Part shown: piece by piece, positions 21,883 through 31,493 of the stretch | Layout: each line of letters begins with the position of its first letter | Position numbering within the stretch: the stretch's first letter is position 1 | Assembly (NCBI GenBank): GCA_963807635.1 | Contig: CAWEDJ010000056.1 | Coordinates: 1 to 36,269 of the forward strand | Direction of reading: 5' to 3' | Length of the DNA: 36,269 nt | DNA from: an uncultured cyanobacterium | GTDB taxonomy: Bacteria; Cyanobacteriota; Cyanobacteriia; Cyanobacteriales; Microcystaceae | Translations under genes and position numbers: made by a program | Notes under the pieces: generated by a model | What the model was told of the DNA's origin: nothing | Database searches by the model: none | Seen by the model: the letters and a program-made list of their open reading frames with translations, nothing else

Positions 21883-22173
21883 ATCTATTTCATGACCTTA
21901 ATTTTGCAACATGACGCTACCGAAATTACTATACTAGTTTTGTTGCGATTCTTCCCTAATTCAATAATTTTTTTATTGATTAGCGAGAATTATAGGGATT
22001 CATTACTTGATCGCCACTGTTTTGGAATAGTCGGTGGGGAAGAAATCTTATCATATTAGTCATCTGTCGCATTTAAAAGCATAGTATTTCTTCAAGGTGA
22101 AAATGCTTCGGTTTAGACATTGCAGAAATTCCTTTTTCTTAAAACTCTCATTACTGATAGAAAACCCGAATAT

Positions 22174-23994
22174 ATGAAATCATTTATCTCCAAATTTCTT
22201 TTTATTATCGGTAACAGAAAACAAAAATTATTTTACTTACTCTTATTATTTTTATTAATATCAATCATTGATGCAGTGGGAATTGGGCTGATTTATCCCT
22301 TTATTAAGCTTGCTACCGAGCCATCTCTCATTGAAAAAAATAATATCACTGCATTTCTGGTTAAGCTATTAAATCTATCTCCTAGTTATTATCTCATTCC
22401 TATTTTGGGATTAGCCATTACAGTAATTTTTATTGTCCAATCCGTATCTTATTTATATGCACAGAGGTATATATCTGACTTTATCTATGAACAAAAAAGA
22501 GTCCTCACCTTAGATTTAATGAAGGCTTATCTATATGCCCCTTATACTTTTCATTTAAAAAGGAATAGTGCAACAATTACCAACAATATTTTAGTAGAAG
22601 TTAGCACGTTTTGTGGATCTTTTTTAACCGCTTTTTTAAGGGGAATTACTAATTTTATTATTCTGTTAGTTCTCGTGTTACTGCTTGCAAAAACAAATTT
22701 ATTTTTCCTTGTTCTGATTGGCATAACTATTTTTCCAACAACGCTGATTACTTCCTATATTTCAACTTCAAAAGTTAAAACCCTGGGTCGTGAAATTTCT
22801 CAGACAAACGATGAACTGATTCGACTGATTAATCATTCCTTGGGCGGCTTAAAAGATACAAAAATTACTGGTTCAGAATCTTTTTTTATAAAATCAATTA
22901 ACCAACAGGCTAAAGAAAGTTCAAGACTCTCTGCCTTGTTCGAGATTCTACTAGCGATTCCCCCCGTTGTTATCAAAAATAGTCTGATTGTTTTTGTTGT
23001 GCTATTTATTTCTTGGGCATCCTTAGGATCTTCACAAAGCATGGCCAGTGTGGGCGGTATTATGGCCGTTTTTGGAATTGCCTCTATTCGCTTAATTCCA
23101 GCCGTAAATTCTCTCGTTCAGGCGATCGCTCAGGTCAGAAATTTTAGCTATGTCATCGATAAAATATATCTTGACCTAAAGGAAATTGAAAACGAACAGG
23201 AAGATATTGATATTTTTGTCGCCAACTCTCAAATAAAAAATTCAGAGTCTGAAAAATCCAGTTATTCCGTCATGCCCTTTGGTCAAAAATTAAGCCTAAA
23301 AAATATCATTTATCAATATCCCGACGTTTCCGCTAAGGCCATTAACGATATTTCCTTTGATATTTATAAAGGTCAATCTATTGGTTTAATTGGTAAATCG
23401 GGTTCGGGAAAAACAACGCTAATTGATATCATTTTAGGGTTGTTATATCCCAAATCGGGCGATATCCAAGTGGATGACGTTTCCATTTATCAGAATCTTC
23501 GTGCCTGGCAAAATTTAATTGGCTATATTCCCCAGTCTATTTTTCTGACCGATGAAACCATTGAAAAGAATATTGCCTTTGGGACTCCAGACCATCTGAT
23601 TGATCAAGTAAAGCTCGAAAAAGCGATCAAATCAGCCCAGCTAGAGGAGTTAATCCAAGAATTACCCCAGGGAGCCAAAACACAAGTCGGGGAAAGGGGA
23701 GTCAGACTATCGGGCGGGCAACGTCAACGGGTGGGAATTGCCCGTGCTTTGTACCACGAACGGGAAATTTTGGTTTTAGATGAGGCGACTTCAGCCCTCG
23801 ATAATGAAACAGAACAATTGGTCAATGAATCCATTAAGTCTTTATCAGGAACTAAAACGATGATCATCATCGCCCACCGTTTATCTACCGTCGAACACTG
23901 CGATCGCCTTTATCTATTAGGTCAAGGAAAAATCCTCAAAGCGGGAACCTATCAAGAAGTTGTCGTCAATCAAGAAATTATCGATAATTCGTAA
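22174..23994 (+). CDS. ABC exporter, fused permease/ATPase (HepA/PglK-like)
   Basis: N-terminal TM domain, Walker [33 protein letters not shown] and IAHRLST. The ATG at 22174 is preferred over TTG at 22120. Confidence 0.9.
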   Translation: MKSFISKFLFIIGNRKQKLFYLLLLFLLISIIDAVGIGLIYPFIKLATEPSLIEKNNITAFLVKLLNLSPSYYLIPILGLAITVIFIVQSVSYLYAQRYISDFIYEQKRVLTLDLMKAYLYAPYTFHLKRNSATITNNILVEVSTFCGSFLTAFLRGITNFIILLVLVLLLAKTNLFFLVLIGITIFPTTLITSYISTSKVKTLGREISQTNDELIRLINHSLGGLKDTKITGSESFFIKSINQQAKESSRLSALFEILLAIPPVVIKNSLIVFVVLFISWASLGSSQSMASVGGIMAVFGIASIRLIPAVNSLVQAIAQVRNFSYVIDKIYLDLKEIENEQEDIDIFVANSQIKNSESEKSSYSVMPFGQKLSLKNIIYQYPDVSAKAINDISFDIYKGQSIGLIGKSGSGKTTLIDIILGLLYPKSGDIQVDDVSIYQNLRAWQNLIGYIPQSIFLTDETIEKNIAFGTPDHLIDQVKLEKAIKSAQLEELIQELPQGAKTQVGERGVRLSGGQRQRVGIARALYHEREILVLDEATSALDNETEQLVNESIKSLSGTKTMIIIAHRLSTVEHCDRLYLLGQGKILKAGTYQEVVVNQEIIDNS

Positions 23995-24469
23995 ATTGGA
24001 GAGCAACAGGATAATCCCCTTGTTTTAGCAATTGAATCACCGTTTGGAGATCATCCTTATCCTTGGCACTTACCCGCACCGCGTCCCCTTGGATAGAAGC
24101 CTGCACTTTTTTACACTCATCTCGAATTTGCTTACTAATTTGTTTCGCAATCTCCTGGCTGATTCCTTTTTTGAGGGTAATTTTTTGGCGAATACGATTG
24201 CCACTAGCCGACTCAATTGGGCCATAATCAAAGATTTTCAGCGATAAATCCCGCTTAGTTGCCTTAGCTTGCAAAGTATCATGCACTGCGGTCAAGGTCA
24301 TGTCACTGGCGGTCTGAATCGTAATAAAATCGTCATTCAGTTCCACCGTTGTCTGAGTATCTTTCAAGTCATAACGACTGTTAATAGTCCGCATGGTTTG
24401 GTCGATCGCGTTAACTAATTCCTGCCGATCAAATTCACTAACCACATCAAAAGAGTAAGTAGAAGCCAT
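23978..24469 (-). CDS. yajQ: YajQ-family nucleotide (c-di-GMP)-binding protein
   Basis: [36 protein letters not shown] and LQFTNYR. Confidence 0.95.
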   Translation of the reverse strand: MASTYSFDVVSEFDRQELVNAIDQTMRTINSRYDLKDTQTTVELNDDFITIQTASDMTLTAVHDTLQAKATKRDLSLKIFDYGPIESASGNRIRQKITLKKGISQEIAKQISKQIRDECKKVQASIQGDAVRVSAKDKDDLQTVIQLLKQGDYPVALQFTNYR

Positions 24470-24555
24470 AAAAAAACAAGATTAGGAAAAAAAAGAGTTA
24501 CTGTCGTTTGCATTAATGCCCAAACATTTCAGCAACTCTTTTCATTGTAATCAAG

Positions 24556-25737
24556 TTAAACGCCACTACTGAAGGAAATTTTGAGATAATCTTCCTCCAT
24601 TTTTGCGCCAGTCGTTTTCAATGCCGCGAGGGCTTGGGGCAGAACCAGATTACGTCGATGATTGCCAATACGAATATTTAACTCGTCCCCCGTTTTATTC
24701 AATTGCACCTGTTCCTTGGGAATTCCAGGCAAATAAAGCTCTAGACGGTAATTTTGCCCCTCTTGTACAATATTGATTGTATTTTCTTTGTAATACACCT
24801 GAGAAGGATCTTCATCGGCATAAAGGGTTTCTTTCAGGCGTTCTAAGGCCGCTAATCCGCATAATTCTTCGGAAAATAGGGGAACTTCCTTGACGGGTAA
24901 GGGGTGGAAATTATCGTAAATTTCCTGTTTATAAACCTGCTGATTACTCTTCCACCGTTGGAAAAAAGGATCGTGAACTTCTTCGGGCAAAATGCGATTG
25001 GCAATCACCAGATCCGTCGAAACGTTATATAAACTCAGATAGGCATGGGCCCGTAGGGATTCCTTAATCACCATTTTTTCAGGATTAGTAACTAAGCGAA
25101 CGGAGGTTTGGGTATTATCCGTCAAAACTTTTTCTAGGGCTTCGATTTGTTCATAAAATTCGTAGGGGGCATCCATCACTTCCTTGTCGGGTAACGAAAA
25201 GCCCGCGATCGGTCGAAATAACGGTTCCACCAAAGGACGCAGGGCTACCGACATGGTTTGTAACGGTTTATAAAATTTTCTCATATACCAGCCACCCACT
25301 TCAGGCAAACTCAACAGTCGTAGAGCGGTTCCCGTCGGGGCTGAGTCGATAATCAAAACATCATACTCCGCCTCATCGTAGTGACGTTTCATGCGGACTA
25401 AGCCAAAAATTTCGTCCATTCCAGGCAAAATTGCCAGTTCTTCTGCTTGAATGCCGTCTAAACCCCGTGCCTGTAAAACCTGGGTAATATAACGCTTTAC
25501 GGCTCCCCAATTACCTTCAAGTTCCATTAGTGCGTCTAATTCTGCCCCCCAGAGGTTGGGTAAAACTTCGCGGGGTTCGTGACCCAATTCGAGATCAAAG
25601 CTATCGGCGAGGGAATGGGCAGGATCGGTGCTTAAAACCAGGGTTTTATGGCCTAATTCTGCACAACGAAGCCCTGTAGCCGCCGCGACGGAGGTTTTAC
25701 CGACTCCTCCTTTACCAGTCATGAGAATTACGCGCAT
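24556..25737 (-). CDS. TRC40/GET3/ArsA-family ATPase with C-terminal Hsp20-like domain
   Basis: [23 protein letters not shown] and IDSAPTG; C-terminal LELYLPG...[16 protein letters not shown]. Confidence 0.92.
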   Translation of the reverse strand: MRVILMTGKGGVGKTSVAAATGLRCAELGHKTLVLSTDPAHSLADSFDLELGHEPREVLPNLWGAELDALMELEGNWGAVKRYITQVLQARGLDGIQAEELAILPGMDEIFGLVRMKRHYDEAEYDVLIIDSAPTGTALRLLSLPEVGGWYMRKFYKPLQTMSVALRPLVEPLFRPIAGFSLPDKEVMDAPYEFYEQIEALEKVLTDNTQTSVRLVTNPEKMVIKESLRAHAYLSLYNVSTDLVIANRILPEEVHDPFFQRWKSNQQVYKQEIYDNFHPLPVKEVPLFSEELCGLAALERLKETLYADEDPSQVYYKENTINIVQEGQNYRLELYLPGIPKEQVQLNKTGDELNIRIGNHRRNLVLPQALAALKTTGAKMEEDYLKISFSSGV

Positions 25738-25808
25738 GGGATTTAGTTATCTGAGAAAAATTTACATTACTTATTTTTATTATGGAGGGTATCTTAATTT
25801 TTGTAAAA

Positions 25809-26186
25809 CTAGCTAGAAAAATGTTGCTGTAAGACATCCCAACGGGAGCAGTCCCAATAATCAATATGGGAGATAATCAAATTTTGGTCGTTGAGCATTA
25901 ATTCACTTTTTCCTGAAATAGCGATTCGGGGTTGCCAAGGTAGGGGCGTTGTCCAGGATAAGGTCCATCGGGTTTCGAGGCGATCGCCGATTTGCTCAAT
26001 GTGGTGGAGTTCCATCTGGATATTTTGAAACCACTGGCTCATGAATCCAATCATGGCTTGATAGCGTTTAATTCCTCGAAATTCAGTCATCGGATCTTTA
26101 AAATAAACGTCTTTTGCGTAGATTTTGTAGGTTTGATCACGGGGAAATCGTTGATAATCTGCTTTAAGAATTTCAATAATATTCAT
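25809..26186 (-). CDS. DUF2358 (SnoaL/NTF2-like) protein
   Basis: IYAKDVYFKDP, TRWTL, PLPWQP and HIDYW. Confidence 0.85.
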   Translation of the reverse strand: MNIIEILKADYQRFPRDQTYKIYAKDVYFKDPMTEFRGIKRYQAMIGFMSQWFQNIQMELHHIEQIGDRLETRWTLSWTTPLPWQPRIAISGKSELMLNDQNLIISHIDYWDCSRWDVLQQHFSS

Positions 26187-26433
26187 AAATTTGAGAGGTT
26201 TTAATGGGTTTTATGAAATAAAAAACTCGTTAATAATCCTAACCGATTATCTTGATCGCCGCGATCGCGTAACAAATGGATCAATTTAGATCAATTGAAG
26301 CAACAAAGGAATCCGATGTTTGAGGGGCGGCAATTGTAGGCTATGCTTAATGATTGAATAAACTTTTGTCTTTGACGAGTTTTTGGGCAATACTTGATAG
26401 CAATTCATTAGATTTGTTTTTCTGAGGCAAAGC

Positions 26434-27020
26434 ATGATTATTGCAATTACAGCATTAAAAGGCGGTGTGGGCAAAACCACCACATCGATTCATCTCGCCG
26501 CCTATTTTCAGCAAAAAGCCCCTACCTTACTGATTGATGCCGACAGAAACCGCTCTGCCCTAATTTGGTCACGGGAGGAAAAATTACCGTTCTATGTTGC
26601 TTCCCAAGCGGGGGCGACCAGTTTAATTCGCAAATATCCCCATATTATCGTCGATACTAGGCCAGACCCGAAGCGGACGAATTTAGAGATCTGGCGGATG
26701 GCAGTGATCTATTAATTATTCCCACGACTCCAAATCACTTGGATTTAGACGCAACTTTTAAAGCCGTTGAACAATTGGAACCCCTCAATGCCAATTATAA
26801 AATTCTGTTAACGAAAGTAGATGCCCGCACGAAAGGAGGAGAGCAAGCCCGAAAACTCCTCGAAGAAGCCAAACTTCCCTTGTTTAAAACCGAAATTCCT
26901 CTCCTAGTTGCCTTTGAAAGAGCTTCCCAAAAGGGAGTGATTATCCGAGACTATTCCGATCCCCGCGCCAAGGTCGCCTGGTTAAGATACAAATTAGTTG
27001 GAGAAGAAATTCTCCCTTAA
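26434..27020 (+). CDS. parA: ParA-family ATPase, one frameshift near 26660
   Basis: LKGGVGKTT, LLIDADRN, IIVDT / DLLIIPTTP and ILLTKVD. ORFs 26434..26715 and 26739..27020 join. Confidence 0.85.
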
Positions 27021-27085
27021 GGTTTAACGATTTAAAAGATCCCATTCCTGCAAACAAAAGTCTATTACTCAGACACAAAAAAGCG

Positions 27086-27150
27086 ATCAAGACCCCTAAA
27101 TCTCGTAATTCTGGGAAACTTGATAGTATTGATTCTGTAAGCAATTACCT
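27086..27150. repeat. Palindromic dispersed repeat, copy B
   Basis: 52 of 65 positions are identical to 10157..10221 by hand alignment, with no gaps. Confidence 0.7.
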
Positions 27151-27602
27151 ACGCGATCGCTGATTCGAGAATAATTAATTTTAATCAAACTTAGCTTTTT
27201 TGAGTTGATCTGTTCCAGGACAGAAGAATGGGCCAAACTATCACTCATATTGATTAACTTTTCTGGTGTCCAGCCCTGATCCTTACCAGAAGACGTTTCA
27301 TCATAGGACTGAGCAAGGGCATGACTCATCTGCACCAATTTTTCTGTTGTCCAAACGTCATTACCTGTTTGTGTGCCATCATCTTGTTTCAATACATGAC
27401 CATAGTAGTCAATTTGAGCGGGAACCCAACCTTTGGGGCCGAATCCTTGGAATTCCTTAGAAGATGTGGAGTCATTTGTCAGGGATTTTTTATAGCTACT
27501 ATTAGGGGCATCGACTGACCATGTCCAATCCATTCTTGCGCCAGGTTTTTCGATGAAGAAGCGGAAGAAACGCTTAACTGCCTCAAAAATTTTGTTCAAC
27601 AT
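27096..27602 (-). CDS. Hypothetical protein with a twice-repeated WTxEKLxxMSxxLAxS motif
   Basis: Open frame from ATG 27602 containing WTTEKLVQMSHALAQS and WTPEKLINMSDSLAHS. Confidence 0.55.
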   Translation of the reverse strand: MLNKIFEAVKRFFRFFIEKPGARMDWTWSVDAPNSSYKKSLTNDSTSSKEFQGFGPKGWVPAQIDYYGHVLKQDDGTQTGNDVWTTEKLVQMSHALAQSYDETSSGKDQGWTPEKLINMSDSLAHSSVLEQINSKKLSLIKINYSRISDRVGNCLQNQYYQVSQNYEI

Positions 27603-27774
27603 AAAACATTTCTCTCCAAAACGTATCTTTTGATACAACTTATAGTTTCATTATAGTATTCACAGGTGGATATTATGATGGTTTGGTGAACTTAATCTTT
27701 TCTTCGTCATTGAGATCGGTTATTCTAACCCTTAAAATATGGAAGTTAACCCAAACCCAATCTGGAGTTTCTCT

Positions 27775-28119
27775 ATGATTTTTCGTCGTTTTCTCGCCGT
27801 AGTTGTTGCTTTGATTGTCACTCTGCTGGTGGTAATGCCGTCTAATGCGATCGCGGCCCATCAAGATGCTCAAATGGCAGATCAGCTTAATCAAACCTTC
27901 CAACAAGCCCAGGAACAGTTCAAACAAGGAGTCGATCAAGCCAAACAAGGTTTTGACCAGGCTCAGGAGCAGTACAAACAAGGACTTGCCCAACTCAATC
28001 AAGGAATCGAGCAAGCTCAAAATACTTATCAACAGGGATTAGACCAATTGTCTGAAGGTCTTAAACAAGCTCAGGAGGCTTATCAACAGGGCTTAAAGCA
28101 AATCAAACACGACCAATAA
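27775..28119 (+). CDS. Secreted Gln-rich protein with 18-aa amphipathic repeats (LEA/apolipoprotein-like)
   Basis: GGAG RBS, signal peptide MIFRRFLAVVVALIVTLLVVMPSNAIA, and QAQ repeats starting at 27904, 27958, 28012 and 28066. Confidence 0.75.
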   Translation: MIFRRFLAVVVALIVTLLVVMPSNAIAAHQDAQMADQLNQTFQQAQEQFKQGVDQAKQGFDQAQEQYKQGLAQLNQGIEQAQNTYQQGLDQLSEGLKQAQEAYQQGLKQIKHDQ

Positions 28120-28162
28120 TTTCCCACTTATCTTGAAACCATCGTCAATAGAGGAGCCAGAG

Positions 28163-28606
28163 ATGTCTAGCAATCGTTCATCACCAATCTTGTGCTGGCT
28201 ATTTGGTGCGATCGTCTGTCTGGGGCTATGGTTTCCTATAACGCTCTCTGCCTGGGCTGACCAGGAGATTTATCAGTCGGCGTTGCTGATTTCATCGGAA
28301 TCAGGAACTCCCCTAGCGATTTATCCCGATCCGAGCCGTGAGCAACCCGCCCTGGGTTATGGAGAAGAGGGAGATAAAATTCTGGTTTTAGAGAAAATTT
28401 ATAGTAATCAGGGTAATCCTTGGGATCGCATTCGTTTATTAACTTCCCCGCCCCTAGAAGGATGGATTGCTGATGTGTATGTCAAAAGGGAAAACTCTGA
28501 TGAGCATTCAGATAATCCCTACGAAAAAAGTAATCAGTATTATTCTCAGCAAAACTACTCCCAAGGAAACTTTGTTCAACAGCAAATTAAGTACGAAAAC
28601 GACTAA
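28163..28606 (+). CDS. Secreted SH3b-like domain protein with Q/N/Y/S-rich tail
   Basis: GAGGAG RBS, signal peptide ending LSAWA, and LAIYPDPS..LGYGEEGDKILVLE..WDRIR..EGWI pattern. Confidence 0.65.
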   Translation: MSSNRSSPILCWLFGAIVCLGLWFPITLSAWADQEIYQSALLISSESGTPLAIYPDPSREQPALGYGEEGDKILVLEKIYSNQGNPWDRIRLLTSPPLEGWIADVYVKRENSDEHSDNPYEKSNQYYSQQNYSQGNFVQQQIKYEND

Positions 28607-28609
28607 ATA

Positions 28610-28729
28610 TAAGTAGCTGGTTAAAATTAAACTGACAATATATTTCACACTTGATCCCCCCTGCCCCCTTAATAAGGGGGGTGTCCGTAGGACGGGGGGA
28701 TCTTATAAATTTTAAGACTCATCTACTTA
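28610..28729. mobile_element. MITE-like element with TAAGTAG termini and internal G/C hairpin
   Basis: Left end taagtagctggttaaaatt; right end reverse-complements to taagtagatgagtcttaaaatt. Internal gatcccccc...cccccttaataagggggg...ggggggatc. Confidence 0.7.
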
Positions 28730-28771
28730 GCTTTTTAGCCCCAAAAAATCATTATTCTGTCAAATCAAACC

Positions 28772-29641
28772 ATGCAACACATTACGGGCAAAACGAAACT
28801 TTTTGGGGTAATTGGTGATCCGATCGCCCATTCCCTTTCTCCTTTAATCCATAATGCGGCCCTACAGAAATTGGGGAGAGATTATGTTTATGTGGCTTTC
28901 CCAATTAAAGCCGAAAATCTTGAAGCGGCGATCGCAGGATTTCAGGCATTTGGTTTAGTCGGATTTAGCATCACCATTCCCCATAAACAGACCATTATTC
29001 CCTTGCTTGATAGCATTACCCCAACGGCCCAACTCGTCGGAGCGGTCAACACGGTTTGCAGGACAGAAACAGGTTGGCAAGGAACGAATACCGATGTGGA
29101 AGGATTTATTGCCCCCTTGAAAACGTTAGGCCGCGATTGGACAAAAGTTCATCCTGTCGTTTTAGGGATTGGGGGAGCCGCTAGAGCCGTTGTCGTCGGT
29201 TTAGCCCAATTGGGATGTCCCAAGATTGAAGTGGTCGGTCGCAATCTGGCTAAATTGGAGGCTTTTCATCGGAGTTGGCAAAAATCAGATTTACAGTCCG
29301 TTGTTTCGGTGCATCCCTGGGAAAATCTAGCCCAATTAATTCCCCATACCAAACTATTAATTAATACCACTCCCGTTGGCATGGCTCCCCACACGAATCA
29401 ATCCCCTTTATCGGAAGAATTATTGCAAAAATTATCCCCCTCCGCGATCGCCTATGACTTGATTTATACACCGAGTCCCACCCGTTTTTTACAACAGGCC
29501 CAGGCTCAGGGAAATATGACCATTGACGGACTAGAAATGTTAGTCCAACAGGGAGCCGCCGCTCTGCAATTGTGGTTAAATGAACCTGTTCCAGTGGATA
29601 CCATGCGCCAAACGTTGAAAAACTATTTGTTTCCTTCCTAA
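28772..29641 (+). CDS. aroE: Shikimate dehydrogenase
   Basis: GDPIAHSLSP, SITIPHK, GAVNT, NTDVEG, GIGGAARA, INTTPVGM and DGLEMLVQQG. Confidence 0.96.
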   Translation: MQHITGKTKLFGVIGDPIAHSLSPLIHNAALQKLGRDYVYVAFPIKAENLEAAIAGFQAFGLVGFSITIPHKQTIIPLLDSITPTAQLVGAVNTVCRTETGWQGTNTDVEGFIAPLKTLGRDWTKVHPVVLGIGGAARAVVVGLAQLGCPKIEVVGRNLAKLEAFHRSWQKSDLQSVVSVHPWENLAQLIPHTKLLINTTPVGMAPHTNQSPLSEELLQKLSPSAIAYDLIYTPSPTRFLQQAQAQGNMTIDGLEMLVQQGAAALQLWLNEPVPVDTMRQTLKNYLFPS

Positions 29642-30828
29642 GATTCACTTTGGGGATAAACTCTTCCTTTCCAGCCGCCCCCTTGACCCCGCCAATGTCG
29701 TAGAGCTGAATCAATCGTCATTAAGTTATAAAAAAGAGCTATTATCGGTAAACTGAGTGACCATAGGGGGGAAAGTTTATAAAGTCTTAAGGTCGGTAAA
29801 TAGGCGATCGCCATTAAGAACCACGTTAAGCTACTGATAATCATTAAATTCCTAGATTCGAGATAGAATCCGAGCAATAAAATGACAGGAGCTGCTAGAT
29901 AAACTAAGCTCATTCCCAAGACAGTTCCTAACAATAATAAAGGAGAATAATTCAATTGAGTATAGGCAGTGCGAGCAATCATATTCCAAATCGTATCGAG
30001 GGAATCGTAGGGGCGTAAACTTTTCGTTTTTTCCGTTAAGCCTAACCAAATTTTGCTTGGATTATCGGGGGTAGAAAGTCCTTTAATTTTTTGGGCTAGG
30101 GTACAATCATCAATCAGAGCTTCTCGTAAACTAGGAATACTGCCAATTTCCTCCAGGCAATCGCGTCGAATGAGAATACATCCCCCTGCGGCCGCGGCCA
30201 TTTTATTTTGGGGATTATTGACCCAGGGGAAAGGATAGAGTTTTTGGAAGAAAAAGACAAAGGCAGGAATCAAAAATTTTTCCCAGAAGCTATCACACCG
30301 CAATAAAACCATGAGAGACGTTAGAGCTAAATCCTCTTTTTCTGCTTTAGTGACTAACTCTTTTAAATTAGTTGAATGATGTTCAATATCTGCATCAGTG
30401 AACAAAAAATAGTCGGGTAATAATCCTTGATTTTTAACTGTTTGAATTCCCTGTTCCATCGCCCAGAGTTTCCCTGACCAACCGACGGGTAAAGGCTGAC
30501 CTAAAATAACTTTTAAACGGTCTGATTGATTTAATTTACTAGCAATCTCTTGAGCAACTTCTCCTGTTTTATCTGTACTTTGATCGTCGATTAAAATAAT
30601 TGAAAATTCTCCAGGATACTCTTGATTTAAAAGAGATTTCAAACTGATGGGTAAAACATCCGCTTCATTTCTGGCAGGAATAATGGCACAAACGCTCGGA
30701 TAACTAGGTAAATCAATATTATCAATTTCTAATCGTTGATCAGCTTGCCAAAATTGTCCCCAAAATAATAATAAAAATACCCAGATGATTAATGAAAGAG
30801 TTGCTATAGTCAGCAAAATTAAAATCAT
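29638..30828 (-). CDS. hpnB: GT2 glycosyltransferase, hopene-associated HpnB-like
   Basis: IIPARNEA, DDQSTD, GWSGKLWAMEQG, FTDADI, FFFQKLYPF, AAAGGC, LIDDCTLA and GGGWKGR. Confidence 0.82.
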   Translation of the reverse strand: MILILLTIATLSLIIWVFLLLFWGQFWQADQRLEIDNIDLPSYPSVCAIIPARNEADVLPISLKSLLNQEYPGEFSIILIDDQSTDKTGEVAQEIASKLNQSDRLKVILGQPLPVGWSGKLWAMEQGIQTVKNQGLLPDYFLFTDADIEHHSTNLKELVTKAEKEDLALTSLMVLLRCDSFWEKFLIPAFVFFFQKLYPFPWVNNPQNKMAAAAGGCILIRRDCLEEIGSIPSLREALIDDCTLAQKIKGLSTPDNPSKIWLGLTEKTKSLRPYDSLDTIWNMIARTAYTQLNYSPLLLLGTVLGMSLVYLAAPVILLLGFYLESRNLMIISSLTWFLMAIAYLPTLRLYKLSPLWSLSLPIIALFYNLMTIDSALRHWRGQGGGWKGRVYPQSES

Positions 30829-30873
30829 ATTTATTTTATTCCATTAGAGGAAAATATATTATTATTCAAGAGA

Positions 30874-31113
30874 TTACGCCGCACAGGCATTATCAGAAGA
30901 TAAAATACTGGGAATTGGTAAAGGGTCTCCTGTAGATTGGTAGGATATAATTAAAGACTCTAAGGCTTCTATTCCATTTTTAACCGCGTCTTCATAGGTA
31001 TCGCCATGAGTCCGCCATTCTTGCCCAGCAAAGTCAGGAAATCCAACTAAAAAACAATCATCTTCATCTGACCATTTAATAATCATGGGGTATCGTAGTT
31101 TACTATTGATCAT
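30874..31113 (-). CDS. hicB: HicB-family antitoxin (short form)
   Basis: YPMIIKWSDEDDCFLVGFPDF..THGDTYEDAV..PLP. The ATG at 31113 overlaps the hicA end. Confidence 0.9.
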   Translation of the reverse strand: MINSKLRYPMIIKWSDEDDCFLVGFPDFAGQEWRTHGDTYEDAVKNGIEALESLIISYQSTGDPLPIPSILSSDNACAA

Positions 31114-31315
31114 TTTGTTTTCTCCGAACTTCTTCAATGGCTTTTTCAACTTGTTTTTCGTGATACTTTTTTGCGTCTGATCCATCTTTTCCAGATAGTG
31201 TAACTCGTCCCATAAAAAGAGGATGAATCCAGTTGGTGTGGCTACCTTTTCCTGGCGTTTCTGTAAACCCTATTGACTTCAATATTTTTTTAAGTTCTCT
31301 GATTTTTCTAGGCAT
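31103..31315 (-). CDS. hicA: HicA-family mRNA interferase toxin
   Basis: MPRKIRELKKIL..GF..GKGSHTNWIHP with the catalytic His; 70 aa and basic. Confidence 0.92.
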   Translation of the reverse strand: MPRKIRELKKILKSIGFTETPGKGSHTNWIHPLFMGRVTLSGKDGSDAKKYHEKQVEKAIEEVRRKQNDQ

Positions 31316-31493
31316 TACTCAGAAAATAATCTTTGTTCAATTATTATACATAAAAGATACCATAAATTCACAAAATAAATAAGTAAGTAAATAAAAATCA
31401 CCTATTTTTCTTCTTCAGTGACAGTATAATGAATTAACCAAAAGGATGTTTTCCTTTATTATATTTTTATGATCTAATTAAATTATATTTTCT

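Noticed and set aside
24556..25737. Arsenic resistance (arsA)
   Set aside because: It is a single ATPase domain with an Hsp20-like tail and has no arsB/C/D/R neighbours. This is the GET3-like cyanobacterial type.
27673..28032. 119-aa Leu-rich minus-strand ORF
   Set aside because: It is the antisense shadow of the Gln-rich repeat gene (CAA codons read as TTG).
27904..28110. CRISPR array or DNA-level tandem repeat
   Set aside because: The 54-bp period is in frame and degenerate at the DNA level, with no repeat-spacer structure and no cas genes.
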